DNA from: Mytilus trossulus
Lineage: Eukaryota
DNA length: 64,000 nucleotides
Assembly (NCBI RefSeq): GCF_036588685.1
Contig: NC_086373.1
Coordinates: 17,856,001-17,920,000, forward strand
Direction: 5' to 3'
Part shown: in pieces, positions 39,316 to 52,345 of the stretch
How the letters are laid out: each line of letters begins with the position of its first letter
How positions within the stretch are numbered: position 1 is the stretch's first letter
Program-made: the position numbers and the translations under genes
Notes under the pieces: generated by a model
Databases searched by the model: none
Told to the model about the DNA's origin: nothing
The model's input: only the letters and a program-made list of their open reading frames with translations

Positions 39316-39876
39316 AGTCATATGAAACGAGTGAGTGGTGAAAAATAATGTTTGTCCAATTCTTGAACCAATGCATGCATACATCATAAACTTAGTCTTC
39401 TGTGCACGATTTTATCATTATTTTCGCTAATATATCATATAATCGTCATTTTTTTCTCTCTCTCTTTGTTATAATTGAACAAATATGGCTGCTCATTAAA
39501 TGCCGTGTTTTGAAGCTGAGTTTTACCGATTGTCACCTTATAGTAAACAAATCACAAAAAGCATGAGTATTGAGCACATGTTTAACATGTATAATCAGAT
39601 ATTTGTTTATTTCAATGACAGATCCATGCGTATTGTGGTCATTGGATTTTTACGAGGAGAGTTACGCTCGGGTCACTATGCATACCGAAAATATGTCGGT
39701 GAATTGCTTCCTGGAAGCAAGCAATTAAAAAAAAGGTAAACTTCTTCTAAATGTGGACAAATTAAAGAATTTTTTCAGAAAAAAAGTATATGTACATAAG
39801 TTGTATAATGAAAACTATCCATTTAGTTATCAAAAACATATGCATATATTTTTTTAATTTGAGGTTTCTTATGACT
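39316..39876. mobile_element. 561-bp TTAA-flanked MITE, Kolobok-like, in a PAK intron
   Basis: TTAA at 39312-15 and 39877-80. TIR agtcatatgaaac / gtttcttatgact. Confidence 0.75.
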
Positions 39877-40157
39877 TTAATATTTAAGACTTGACCTCTG
39901 TAAAAGTCCACAAGTTACAAATATAGCATTAATGACTCATTGCAATCACCTTAACAACAACTGAAATTATTTATGATTATTGATTATTTACAAAAACATC
40001 TAAATCCCACATTTTAAGACAAATTCATTACATTGTGTGCTAGTGACCTTATATGATATATCAGGGTCAGTTAATTCCATATGAAATGTAACTTTTTATG
40101 TATCATATAAGTTAATCGCAATAGGTAATTAGTATTATCTACAGTTACTTGATTTAC

Positions 40158-40640
40158 CTGGATACTACTTCTGGGGCCATCCAGTAGGGAGTTCCAACCA
40201 TAGTCTGTCTCTTGGCACTATCGCCACTGAGTTGAGCACAAAAACCAAAATCGGTTAATTTAACTGTCCCATTCATTCCCAATAAGACATTGTCACTCTT
40301 TATATCTCTGTGTATACAATGTTTCTCATGTAGATAGTCTAAAGCCTGTAGACATTCTCGTGACACGGCAGCAATCTGTCCCTCATTCATGATGGTTTCT
40401 GTTACCACATCAGTTAAGGCCCCGCCATCCAGATATTCCATAACTACCCATAGTTCTTGTTTTTCTGATAGATAATAGCAATCTAAGAAATTAACGATAT
40501 TTGGATGTTTATAATCCTTCATTACTTCGATTTCTGTAATTAAAAGTTCTTTTTTCGGTTGATTATTCAAATCCATCATTTTAATAGCCACTACTGCATC
40601 AGCATCAACTGGTTTAGCCATACATACATTTCCAGAGGCA
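40158..40640 (-). CDS. PAK: PAK coding exon 5 (kinase core)
   Basis: [46 protein letters not shown] boundaries, phase 2-2. Confidence 0.95.
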
Positions 40641-40961
40641 CTGAAATGACAGAAAACAAACATGATAACAATATTCTACAAGATAAAACAAGATTACAGT
40701 TAATCATCAATTTGTTCATTTTCCTTCGATCCTACTGCCTAAAAGTGTTTAAGACTTTGGAAATTCTTGGACCATGCATGCAATACTGCTATGACAACTT
40801 AAGAAATAATATATATCTATTCTTATGTGTTCCATCTTAACTATACAAAGTACATGTATTAACATTTGAACAATTTTGATGAGAATCCAATCCATACCAA
40901 ACTTTTTTTTTTAACAATGAGTCACATTATTTTTGCTTCAAAAACTTCTACCCAAACTTAC

Positions 40962-41025
40962 CCTGAACCAAGTTTCTTTTGAATTAGATATTTAGAGGAG
41001 GCATCTCCAGGTGAAGCCAATCGTT
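40962..41025 (-). CDS. PAK: PAK coding exon 4 (not in ORF track)
   Basis: (Q)RLASPGDASSKYLIQKKLGS(G) completes the GSGASG loop. tttcAG / GTAAGT boundaries. Confidence 0.92.
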
Positions 41026-43008
41026 CTGAAATAAACAAAATATGCCATGTTAATTTTCTTATTTATACAAGTACAATTATTGAGTAGAACACTATATATC
41101 AATTGTAGGAACATATCTTTAATAATGGCAGGTTATCATCCCGTTCAACCAATCACAATTTCTAATATCACAGAATTTCTATATCATAAATTCATTTATA
41201 AAAACTTCATTATTGTTAAAGCCAATACAGTGCTCTCTAATTGCTTACTTATACATTCATATCAGTTCGTTAGTTTTAGAAGAAAAATGTACCATTTCTT
41301 TTAAAGGTGTTTGTTTTGTATTTAGCTCCACTATACTTTTAACATATTATGCTTAATATTTCATATCACAAACTTATAGGGATAAAGGCATAATTATATA
41401 TTAATTTTTTTTTATCATTGCTTATTACGAACTCATGACAATCTATTTCCTGGATATTTAAGGGTATATTCCAATATAACTTTATAGTTTTTACACTATA
41501 TTGTTATACAATCAAAAAAACCCTTTCTTTTTCCTTCATGTAAGTATACACAAATTATTTGAAAATGGAAAATATATTTTTTTACATTTATGGTGCACTT
41601 ACATATTTTAAGTGCTGCAGATTTGTAGCAGTAAAATAAATACTAATCTATTTGTAAAATTTACATAGTACATTGCTAAGTCTGTGCCATCTAGAAGGTA
41701 CAATACCCAGACTGATTCAGATTAAAATCAAACTTACAGCTATTGAACTATTCATTGTGAATTATTATTTATTTATACATACACTACATGTGTATCACTT
41801 GACTTGCAAATCAATGTAAAAAATCTACTATAGTATTATAAACTTGTATGACTTTACACTGAATCACATCGTGTGTACTGTATGTTAGGGAAAAAGTGCA
41901 ATGTGCATGTATCATTAACGTTGGAAGTAAACTATCACATCCATCCAGATAATAGGAACTAAAATGTGGATAGGGTTGTTCTTATACAGCAGGGTAAATT
42001 TGGCTTTGTAATAAGAGTGGTTTCTTACAGAGAATAAAATACCTGGAATATTCTTCTGATCAACATAACAGGTTTCAAGAAGGGGTAGTCACTTCTTTAC
42101 AAATGAATTAGTCTTTTAGTATTACACAGAATCTCCAAGGGGGGACTGTTATTTTGGTTATTTCATTGGATTTTATTTGGAATAAAAATGTATTAATAAT
42201 TTCAACTTTTAGCTGTTACATGTATGCATCTGTTCCCAATATTTATAAATAAAATTATAAACTACAATAATTTATTTTTACCTATTCAAATTTATATTTA
42301 CACAATAATGGTTTAAACATGTCTGTTTTATTGACTATCCTATAGCGATGGATCATAAAAATCTTCACATTTATTGTAAAAATAAAGTTTGTTCAAATCT
42401 TATTTCACGATTTATGAGGTAGATCAATATTTATTATTGACAAGATCATATAATAATTAGGTAACAACTGAGCTAAGAGGTGGATCAAGAATTTCTAAAA
42501 ATGTGCATAAATCTAAATTTGTCCATACATTATTCTTTGAAGTTATAGTTGATCCAGGATGTGTTTAAAAAAGAACTAGGATACTTACTTATTGAATTAT
42601 TTATATTACCTATTGCAATAAAAAGAAATCTGTGAAAATCTGCACTTTCACATTCTTAAGTTTGATGTGATGGTAATATCTATAATCATTTATTTAGATC
42701 AGTGTATCTTAATAAAGTCATATTTTTTTTCTGTTGGAGATGCACACCTTCAATTTCATTTAGAGAGGATACCCCAAAATTTATCTTCATGTAAATTATA
42801 CATCACATACAGTCAGCCTACTCCAGTTTTTTCTCCATTTTTGAACTAGTACATATTTTTATTATATTGGCCAGCTGAAGTCTGCCTCTGGGTGCTGGAT
42901 TTTCTTGCTTTGTTGAAGACTCATTGGTGGCCTTTGGCTATTTTCTTATTCTTTGGTCAGGTTGGTGTCTCTTTGACACATTCCCAATTTTACTTCTCAG
43001 ACACTTAC

Positions 43009-43180
43009 GTAATCCTGCATGAATTTCATCATCTGTTAAATTCTTTTTCTGAGATTTTGGACGTCTTTGTAATACTTCCTCTTCTCCATCCTCTTTTGGT
43101 TTCTTGTTGTCAAGGGTGACGTTGGCCATGCCATCTGTAGCATTGTTTGTTCTGGAATCTAACTCGTCATTATCATTTTT
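43009..43180 (-). CDS. PAK: PAK coding exon 3
   Basis: KNDNDELDS...RRPKSQKKNLTDDEIHAGL. ttacAG / GTAAGT boundaries, phase 0-1. Confidence 0.9.
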
Positions 43181-43236
43181 CTGTAAATGAAAAAAATTGT
43201 GACATATATACCACTATATTGACTGTATATCTATCA

Positions 43237-43567
43237 ATAGACCATTTTCATGCTACCAACTTTTGACTCAGGGATTTATCTTTCTTTGTGGTCGGACATC
43301 CTGGTACCCCTTCAAGAAAGAGCAACGTAAATAAGTAAATTCAATATTTTAATTGGTACAATTTTGTGGAAAAGTTTATTGCTTAATGTTTTCTATACAT
43401 GACTAAATCATCAGAGAACAGAAAAAGTTCCCCCCAGTTTGCATAATTTATATATTTCATTTACTTCTTTTGGTTGCTTATAATTGACCAAGTAACATGA
43501 TGCCTTACCAAAGATAATCTAAAATAAAATACCGGAGTCAAAAGTCTGTAATATGAAAATAAACTAT
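43237..43567. mobile_element. MITE with ~40-bp imperfect TIRs, in a PAK intron
   Basis: atagaccattttcatgctaccaacttttgactcagggattt versus the reverse complement of the right end, atagtttattttcatattacagacttttgactccggtattt. TSD unclear. Confidence 0.6.
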
Positions 43568-43836
43568 CCATTATCAAATTCAAAACTGTGTATTTTTCAT
43601 GCAAAGCCAGGAGAGGTGGCATAAACATGCATTTTAATACACAGCACTATAAGACAATATTGCTATATTTAATTTAAAAAAAAATAGAATAGCTTATTTA
43701 ACTTCTAAATAATCTTCTTCTTCATTTTTGTTATACATGTATGTATTAATCTTTTCATTTCTAAAGATATTTTTGTTTCAAAGTCTCATTCTTTGTATGA
43801 TCCATTTGAGGGATATCAAGTTAAAAATAAGAACTA

Positions 43837-44598
43837 CAGTCGACTCTCGTTATCTCGAAGTCAGCCGGACCGGAGAAATATTTCGACATACACATAGTTC
43901 GACTCAAACGAAAACCGGAAGTTTGACTGAACAAGGGACACAACTCTTGCTTAGCATGGTAAAGCTAAAATAAATCTGGGTGAATATGGGAAGGGGATCG
44001 ATATTCTGGTATCAGATTGATGTATTTGTATGTCATGGTCTTTCGTTATTATAATAACATTGTTTTACTTATTCAATTGTTTCAGTTACAATTGTTTCCT
44101 ATGGTTTTTATTCGAGAGAGTAATTTCCAATCGATAGTTTCGTTATTCAGGTCGTTTAAAGTTGACAAAATTGTTTATTCTCGGATACAAAAGAACATTA
44201 ACAATGTATCACTAATTATTTATAAAAATTCTATAAAAGATAATCTTAGGTAAACACTCGTGGAAATAGCATGTCATAAATCAATACATTGGTCAGTGAC
44301 TGGAAATTTAATTACACGTGTATTGTCAGATGAACTCTTCAATCCATTTAAATGCCGGAGGTCATGTTTTGACATATGTGTGTATTAGTTCGAGATAAAT
44401 AATGAATTTTGAAGGCTTTTGTTCACCTTGGGATCGTAAATTTAGTTCGACTCAACCGAAATTTCGACACATCCAATTTCGACTCATCAGGAGTCGAGTT
44501 ACATACATTTATATGGAACAAAGTTCGGGACACCGTGAAAACTTCGACTCATCTGAAATTTCGAGTCAACCGAGTTCGAGACAACGAGAGTTGAACTG
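43837..44598. mobile_element. Tc1/mariner (pogo-like) MITE
   Basis: TA|CAGTCGACTCTCGTTATCTCGAA ... TTCGAGACAACGAGAGTTGAACTG|TA, with subterminal ttcgac repeats. Confidence 0.85.
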
Positions 44599-44945
44599 TA
44601 TTTGAGATCAGAATAGAAAAGAAAAAACAGATCATGCATAAATACATTGCCTTATATTTACAAAGACGGTACAAATGTAGATTCTGAGTTGAATTTTTTT
44701 TTTAAAGTTACAAGACATGTTTCTTTTAATCAAAGGATTTTCAAAAAAAAATGAAAAACATCTGCAGCAAGAACTACACCATTTATACATGTAGTGTACA
44801 TCTTGTTGCTGATGCTTCCTCAGTGCCAAAAAAATGAAAATGATCTAAACATTATGATTTTGTTTGTGATTTAGTAATGTCAAAAAACACCTATTTTAAA
44901 CCAGAATCTACACAGTACACTTATTGTAAATGTGAGGCAATGTAC

Positions 44946-45183
44946 CTTGTTTGGGTCAGTTTTTGCAGTGACAAAAACCTCGTCAGATTTGGCATCCTTT
45001 CCGTGAGGAGAGGGAGGAGGCATGGAGCTTTTGTCTTCGTCACTAAGCTCATCCTCAGATTCTTCAATGGTAGTGGCAACTTTAAGGTATTTCTGTTCAT
45101 GGGTACTTTTCTGTTTAAATGATTTCTTCAAGAATTTGATGGATTTTATGACAGCCTCTGGATTTTTCTTCTGTTCCTCTTTC
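44946..45183 (-). CDS. PAK: PAK coding exon 2 (autoinhibitory segment, acidic/Pro linker)
   Basis: (S)KEEQKKNPEAVIKSIKF...PPPSP...DPNK. cttcAG / GTACAT boundaries, phase 2-0. Confidence 0.9.
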
Positions 45184-46127
45184 CTGAAGAAAATTATATT
45201 TTCAGTAACAGTATAGAATTTAAATGACCACTATGTAGTTAGTATACTTGTATTTTGTTTTAATTTTGTATACATACATTATAAAATGTAAATTCCTGTG
45301 AATGGGACGAGGAAACAAGAAGTGTCTTTTTGAGCATTAAAAATTATTATGCAAATTTTTTTTTTTAATACAGTTAGCCTAAGTAAGGTTTCTGATATGT
45401 TGTAAGTCTATCATTAATTCATACACATGTTACAATTTTGAAGTCTATATGTTGTACCATATCTAATGTACATGTATCACAACAAACACATGTTTTAGTG
45501 TGTCAGAATATAGACTTAATGCATTTTCTAAAGTTTGTTATGTTTTGTCTAAATATATTTATTATATACATGATATATGGAACCATGAATGATTCATTCA
45601 AAATGTTTGTCATCTAAAACTTTACAACATCCAATTTTCCATCATTGTGGCTTTAGTTAGGAATATATTAATACTAATCTTCTTTTAAGTGTTCTCTTTT
45701 GACACCAACAAGAGACAGAAAGGGGTAGGGGAAGGCTTAAAAAATATTTGATTTTAAATATGTACTTTTGGTTATTATTTGTTACACTTTCAACAGTTCA
45801 ACTATAATATTGTCATTACAGAAACATATAATTTTTATCAAATTTCTTACTATTTACAATCTATTACCTTGATTTCTGATTTTAAATGTTTATCATTGTT
45901 AGTTATTTGTTTACATGTTCTAAATGGGAATAATGAAAATGAAAAAATATTACAGATAAAACATTCAATGAAATGGATAAATGATATGTCCAAATACTTA
46001 CTATTTCAGTCTTCCTGACTTTATACATGTATATGTTTTGTAAATGACAAAGGTATTTTTGTGTGTGTCAAATGTACTCCATTGTTTGATTTGTACACAA
46101 ATATTCTGATGTTTAACATTAACTTAC

Positions 46128-46306
46128 GAGATATTGGAATGTTGAAGGAGTGAATTCCATGCAGGTGGCAGGCCTACAAAATCTCCTGTCTGTCTGTCAA
46201 AACCAACATGTACATTATGTTTGACCTCAGTGGGGCCAGATATACTCATGGGTTTGTCATCTGAACTAGTACTTTTCTTCTTTCCAAATGGCATTTTTGA
46301 CAACAT
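46128..46306 (-). CDS. PAK: PAK coding exon 1 (CRIB/PBD)
   Basis: ISGPTEVKHNVHVGFD..TGDFVGLPPAW CRIB motif. ATG directly follows a tatAG acceptor (alternative ATG at 46294). GTAAGT donor. Confidence 0.93.
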
Positions 46307-47075
46307 CTATAAATAGAACAAAATATGATAAAGTTGAAATCATTTGTACCTTGTACATGCTGTTCCCAAACATCAATGTTACTTTTACGAATGCATTTGT
46401 ACATTTGTGCTGATCACATAATTGTGTTAAAATCAAAATATATAAAGAGACGAAATACACACATGTAACCATATATAATTATTAGAAGTTTTGTAACTTT
46501 TGTTATAGTACACAGGGTGTTCTGAGGGTTTGTACATACAACTTTTTTAGGCTGCTTAGACAGTAAACACTCAGATCTACTTTTACTTTTGTAGTTATCT
46601 GTCAGCCTAACGTGTATACAAAGACATTTGTTTAACCATTTATACTTTTATTGTTATTTGATGTAAATAGTGTTAGTAAGGTCTTTGACTTTGTGAGTAA
46701 TGGAAAAGACTTTGTCTTCATTGTTTTACCAGAAGCGTCCCAGACTGAATTACAGTTTCTCAACTTCTGTTTTTCCTGATTTAAAAGCTCCCATTAGTGT
46801 AAATTCCGAAATTATTGTGATGTTGTGATTGTAGTGAAAAAATGTGATAGGGTTATAATGGTAATAAATAAAACTCGAATTTTGATTTTTTTTATATGAA
46901 TTAAACGGGATCTTTTCTGAACATCGTAAAACAGTTTATTCATATTTGTAGATGATTTACACTTACTTGGATATTGACAAGATTAACGTTATATAAGGGA
47001 TCCTTCTGTGAATTTTCATAACATAACTAAGAAGTGTTCTTTTTGGTTTTCTGTGATTGACGCATATAAGGTAAA

Positions 47076-47230
47076 CAGTCTTCACGATGAACTGTTGAAT
47101 TTACAGGCCTGTAGCTCAACTTTTACTTTTTTTTAGTTAGTCATGTTAGTTTCTGATGGCCTGTAGATATGATTTTTACAGGCCGGAGAGCAATTTTACA
47201 AGCCTGGGCTGCCATTCAGCATGAAGACTG
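47076..47230. mobile_element. 155-bp MITE with 6-bp TSD
   Basis: TIR cagtcttcacgatgaa / ttcagcatgaagactg. GGTAAA at 47070-75 and 47231-36. Internal acaggcc repeats. Confidence 0.75.
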
Positions 47231-47879
47231 GGTAAAATGCAAAGCTTAAATTTATTTTGTCATCTGTTTTACATGTACCAAGTATAGTAGGTCAATGTAA
47301 TGAGTTTCTGAGCTACTACATGTATATTGAAACTAGTGCTATGTTTTTTTTATCTGCTTCTTTACCATTGCTTACACCATGTAGCCTGCTACACAACAAC
47401 TTTAACATACTTGTTAACTCAACACGAGGGTAGGCAGATATCAAAATGTACCAATATTAAACAGAATAAAAAGTGTTGAGCAACAGATATGATACCTTTT
47501 ACTTTCATGTCACACCCACCTGTCCTGTAACAGTATTAACCCTATAACGAGTAGAAAAACCTACAAAAATGTACATGTAGGTTGAAAACTCTCCCATTTT
47601 CTTTTAAAGACTTTTAATTTAGCAAAAAAAGGATATTCAAACTGGTCAACCCCCTGCCCTAAAACCACAATTATACATACCTTATCAATGTCTTTCCTTT
47701 ATTTCTATGTCTAAAATTAATGAAAAAGGTTTTCATTTGTCTGATGTATCAGAGAAAAGTTTTTTTATTAAATAAATTGTACATCATAACCTACATGTAT
47801 AATAAACACTGCCAAACTTATTTTCCATTTACATGTTCTTTATTGGAAAGTTTCCTTAGTTTTAAAGAGCTGTTTGTAC

Positions 47880-48375
47880 ATGTTCATGAATTATATAAAT
47901 TCCTGGTGTGGGGGTCAAAAATGCAACTGCAGTTCCTGTCGTTTCCATCCAGTGCTGTCTCAAATCTGAAATTTCTTTCTTTCTTTTTTAAGGCCATTTG
48001 CTCTGCTTTTTTTATGCATTTATTGAATAGATCTGCCATGAAATGCTAGTGCTTATATTTATTTTAAAAGTTTTTTTGCTTTTAGTTTGTTATTATTTTT
48101 TTTATTTTCAGGTGATTTGCTGACTTCCCCATTCAATGCACATAGAGGCACTTGCCCCATGAACTTTGACTCTGGAGGCTCACAGATGAAATAGTTTTGC
48201 TTTCATTATACTTGCATGTTTTTTTTCATTTTTATTTGATAGTATTTGCATGATGCTGCATGATTTTTTATGTGATAGTCGGTTAACAAGCTCACCAGAG
48301 CTCATGCTTTGCCTGTTATTACATGCATGTATGATTTTAGTATATATGCCCACTTTAAATAAAATTTACTTAATT
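47880..48375 (+). mobile_element. CR1-like LINE 3' end
   Basis: Decayed SWCG..CNCSSC ORF2 terminus at ~47900-47940. gtcgg..agctcaccagagct..taaataaa tail. Confidence 0.65.
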
Positions 48376-48901
48376 ACATTTTTTGTACTTGTCAGATGAT
48401 TAAACATCTGTGAAGAATTATGTCCATTAACCATGATTAACATGATTAATGTTTTTTCATTGCTCATTTTCTGGTACTAAGTCCAAAATTTTATAACATC
48501 TTGAGAGGCTATTTTATTATTTTGCTTTAAGAAAAGGCAAAGAGGCAAAAAAAATTTCTAGCCCTTCAACTTCAAGATGTCATTATTTTTGGGACTTATT
48601 TTCAGGTTATTTTCTGGTAAGGCAAGTTATAAATATTATCTTTTGTAAGAATGTATGTTAGTTTTACCATAATTTAAATAAAAAAAAATGCCAACAATGC
48701 ACTTAAATTCCATCATAAAGATATAAAACTTGAACAATACAGTAATTTAAGACTACATACATGTATGCACAGTACACATAACAGATTATTGTACATGATT
48801 AACTAATTCCTTCAGGCAAAAACTAACAACATATCATGCATAAAAATGCATGTACTTCTTTATACTTTCAATATTTTATATAATATTAAATCAGTATATA
48901 C

Positions 48902-49026
48902 CTGGCAATGGAGTTCTGTAGTTTTGGTTTCCCTTTTTTGGTATGGAAATTTGGAATGTCCGTTTCGACGTTTCAACTTCCTTGTTCAAAAATTGTACAT
49001 TTCAGGTTTGTTTCGATCATTCCAAC
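48902..49026 (-). other. Probable PAK 5' UTR exon
   Basis: tttctaattatAG acceptor and cag|GTATAT donor. A further donor at ~49327 and CCGGAA/TTCCCGCC motifs at 49370-49425 suggest the promoter. Confidence 0.45.
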
Positions 49027-49588
49027 CTATAATTAGAAATAAAATTACGTCACCATATCCATGGACATATTGTTATCGATACAGGCGTAATTACATATGT
49101 AACTGAAGAGAGTCTTAAACCTGTCAAAAGGTGATTGATAGTAACATGGACCGTGTCAGAAGTGAAATCACGACCTATAAAACATAAACAATGATACAGA
49201 GATATTTAGCTATTTTACAATCTCTAAAAATAAACATATGACATCTTATGTTATTGAACTTATAAGTTATAAAGTAATTCTTGTTTTAGGAAGTATAATT
49301 TCACCTGTATTGGAAAATAACTATACCTGTTTTACAGACGAAGTGTGTCAACTTACAAAAACTTCCTATTTCCGGAAACAGTCTCGCTCTGATTTCAAGG
49401 GAGACAACATCTTAATTTCCCGCCATTCTTAAAAACCACATCCTCCAGATAAAATTTCTGTTCAAATACTTTACGAATCAAAACATACAGTATTTTTTTT
49501 TAAAGAGAGCGACTCTTTTGTCACAGGCACTTGTTTTTATCTATTGGAAGAACCACTATCAACGTATATTTAGGAGCTCCTAAATATA

Positions 49589-49841
49589 TAGACATTTGTT
49601 TTAATCTATCTTGCTTAGCTTTTATTCTGCATGTGCTATCTATGTATTAATATATATATATGTGCTGTCTGGTTGCATGTTTGTGTTGTATGTGTGTCTG
49701 ATGTTATTACATGTATGTTTTGTTTATTAATATCAGTCGGTTAAAGAGCTCTTAAGAGCTCATGTTCATTGTTATCATTATGTATATATATGCAACCCGA
49801 CTTTAAATAAAGATTACTTTACTTTACTTTACTTTACTTTA
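49589..49841 (+). mobile_element. 5'-truncated CR1-like LINE 3' UTR with (CTTTA)n tail
   Basis: gtcgg..gagctcttaagagctc..ccgactttaaataaa followed by (ttact)n. Confidence 0.75.
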
Positions 49842-49883
49842 CGTTGATAGTGGTTCTTCCAATGCTAAATATACGTTGATAGT

Positions 49884-52011
49884 AATAAGACATAAAGATA
49901 TAAGACATAAAGCTTTATTTAGAGTCGGTATAAGCAAGCAATTACAAACATAAGCTCTGAAGAGCTTTTAAAACCGACATAACAACAAATAAAACAAAAC
50001 ATACATATCGAGTCATGCACACAACATTATTTAAACATATAAAGCAAGAGTCAGTGGCGGATCCAGGAATTTTCATAAGTGGGGGCCCACTGATTGACCT
50101 AAGAGGGGGCCCGCTCCAGTCACGCTTCAGTGATTCCCTATATAAGCAACCAAAATTTTTCCCAAAAAGGGGGGGGGGGGCCCTGGCCCCCTGCCCCCCC
50201 CTAAATCCGCCTCTAAGAGTTCTATCAGTTTATAAACATGCAGCACAAAAGTTCTGTAAGCATCTTACAGGTTTAACACATACTGGTACATGCAATTATG
50301 AGATAAAAACACAAAAGCACAAATGAAATGGTTTGCACATAAATAGCATAAAAGCACATTAAGTTTCAAAAATTAGCACAAAAGCAACAGAAGCACTATA
50401 GTAAAGATATTAGAATACATTTGCCATGCTGAAAATAAGGCAACAAAACAAAAAATAATAAGCAGAGATTAACTGGTTTTGCGTTCTTGAATTGATTTAA
50501 AGATGATTGCTTACGAAGCTCATCTGGCAGCTCATTCCAAAGCCTAGCACCTGCATACCTGAAAGATTGTAGGCCATATGCAGTTGTTCTTACATGTGGT
50601 AGATCTGCTGTATTCTGGTATCTGAAAGAGTAAGTGTTTTCCTTTAAGTGAATCAAATCATGGAGATAAACAGGACAATCTTTATTTATAATTTTGAAAA
50701 CTTCAATCGCCAAAGATCGCATTCTTCTTACTTTTAAAGATGGTAATTTTGATTTGCAGAGTAGATCTTCATAACTTGCTGAATGGTCTTCGTAGATAAA
50801 CCTTAGTGCTCTCTCTTGAATTTTCTCTATCTTTTTTGTATTTACCTCCCCACAAAAGTGCCAAACTAGTGGGCAGTAATTAAAGTTGGACATTATGAAA
50901 GAATAATAAATTGTTAATTTTCCGAGTTTAGTCAGGTGTTTACCTATTCTTTTTAATACATTTAATTGTTTGGATGCTTTTTTACATATTATAGAGACAT
51001 GTTCATTGAAATTTAGTTTAAAATCTATTGTTACACCTAGCAGTTTAACGTTATCTTCACACTCTATTTCATTACCTTCTAATTTAAATTTAAGGTTTTT
51101 TTCTTTAGTTTTTTTACCTACAGCTATTGCCTGAAATTTTTCTGGATTTGCTTTCATTTTATTTATTGAGAACCAGTTTATCAAAATTTTACTTTCTTCT
51201 TCTAAAGTTTTAATTAATCTATCTAAATCGTTATCTGCGTATGAAAGGGTGTTGTCATCTGCATAATTATAGAGTTCACTTTTATGAATAAAATAGAAAA
51301 TGTCATTTAAAAAAATATTAAATAATGTTGGCCCTAATATTGACCCTTGTGGCACCCCTTTAAACATTGTTTGCCAATAGCTTGAATTAGTACCTACTTT
51401 AACACACTGTTTTCTATTAGTTAAATAGCTTTCTAAAAGTTTAAGAGATTAGGCGGACACACCATAAGATTTTAATTTTAGTAGGAGGAGGTCATGGGGT
51501 AGGCAGTCAAAAGCATTGGACAAGTCCATTAATATAGCTGCTAAATATTTATTCTGATCTAAAGCCTTTTTCCAATCTTCAATTATTTTTAATAAAGCGG
51601 TTTGGCATCCATATCCTTTTCGAAAAGCTGACAGAAAAATGTGGAAAAATGAATTAAAATATTCAACAAGTTGATTTTCTATAGACCGCTCAAAATTTTT
51701 TGAAATCATGGGCAATATACTTACAGGTCTATAGTTTCCTGTATCAAGAGTGTTTGATTTTTTATGCAGGGGTATTACTTGTGCTTCATTTAATTTATCT
51801 GGGAAAACAGCTGATTCAAATGATTTATTTATTATTTTAGAAATTGGATTGGATATTGCAGATTCGGATAATTTTAGTATTTTTGAAGATATTCCATATT
51901 TTCCTGTTGCCTTTTTGATGTTAATTTTATTGATTTGTTTTTTTAACAAACTCTGGATCTACTGGGCTAAAATTTAGTTCTTCTTTTTCTGGTTTATTTT
52001 CTTTTATAATT
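49884..52011 (-). mobile_element. 5'-truncated CR1-like LINE (RT domain with one premature stop)
   Basis: KKATG, NYRPVSILP, AILMDLSNAFD, GVPQGSILGP, YADD, YCPLVW. ORFs 51449-51949 and 50396-51367 are in frame across a single TAA. Tail (tttatgtcttat)n; TSD TTGATAGT at 49876-83 and 52012-19. Confidence 0.92.
50052..50215. mobile_element. GC-rich MITE inserted in the LINE 3' UTR
   Basis: cagtggcggatccag / ctaaatccgcctcta inverted ends. AGAGT direct repeats at 50047-51 and 50216-20. Confidence 0.8.
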
Positions 52012-52149
52012 TTGATAGTGGTTCTTCCAATGGATAGAAACAAGTGCCTGTGTCTTTTGTTAAACTGAACTATTTTTTGTTGAACAAAACTCACTTTTGT
52101 CCGTAAAAAAATGAATTTGGAGTACAAAACCACTAGAGTCGCATGCAAT

Positions 52150-52345
52150 ACCTTCCTCTCCTTTTATGCAATAATCTTCTATCAAGGAAATCATGACAGA
52201 AAACACAAGCTCTGGCATAAGGTCTAAGTGGGAGATATATGCTTCCTATGTAGGCGTTGATAAATGTTGAAATACAGAAATGGAAGGTTGATAATTTGAA
52301 ATTGATATCGTGTGGACTGGCCGTAGAGTTTAGTAGGCACTCTAT
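52150..52345 (-). mobile_element. Highly decayed Naiad-type RT C-terminal fragment
   Basis: TKLY...FQIINLPFLYFNI and YARACVFCHDFLDR resemble 56020-56185. Confidence 0.6.

Larger units (their letters stand above)
49522..52052. mobile_element. Palindromic TIR element (hAT/P-like, 8-bp TSD) hosting two LINE insertions
   Basis: TSD TCTTTTGT at 49514-21 and 52053-60. CA..TG termini. Arms cacaggcacttgtttttatctattggaagaaccactatcaacgtatatttag and its reverse complement surround a central gagctc. Confidence 0.88.

Noticed and set aside
50015-50326. 103-aa ORF
   Set aside because: Open frame across a GC-rich MITE, antisense to a LINE 3' UTR.
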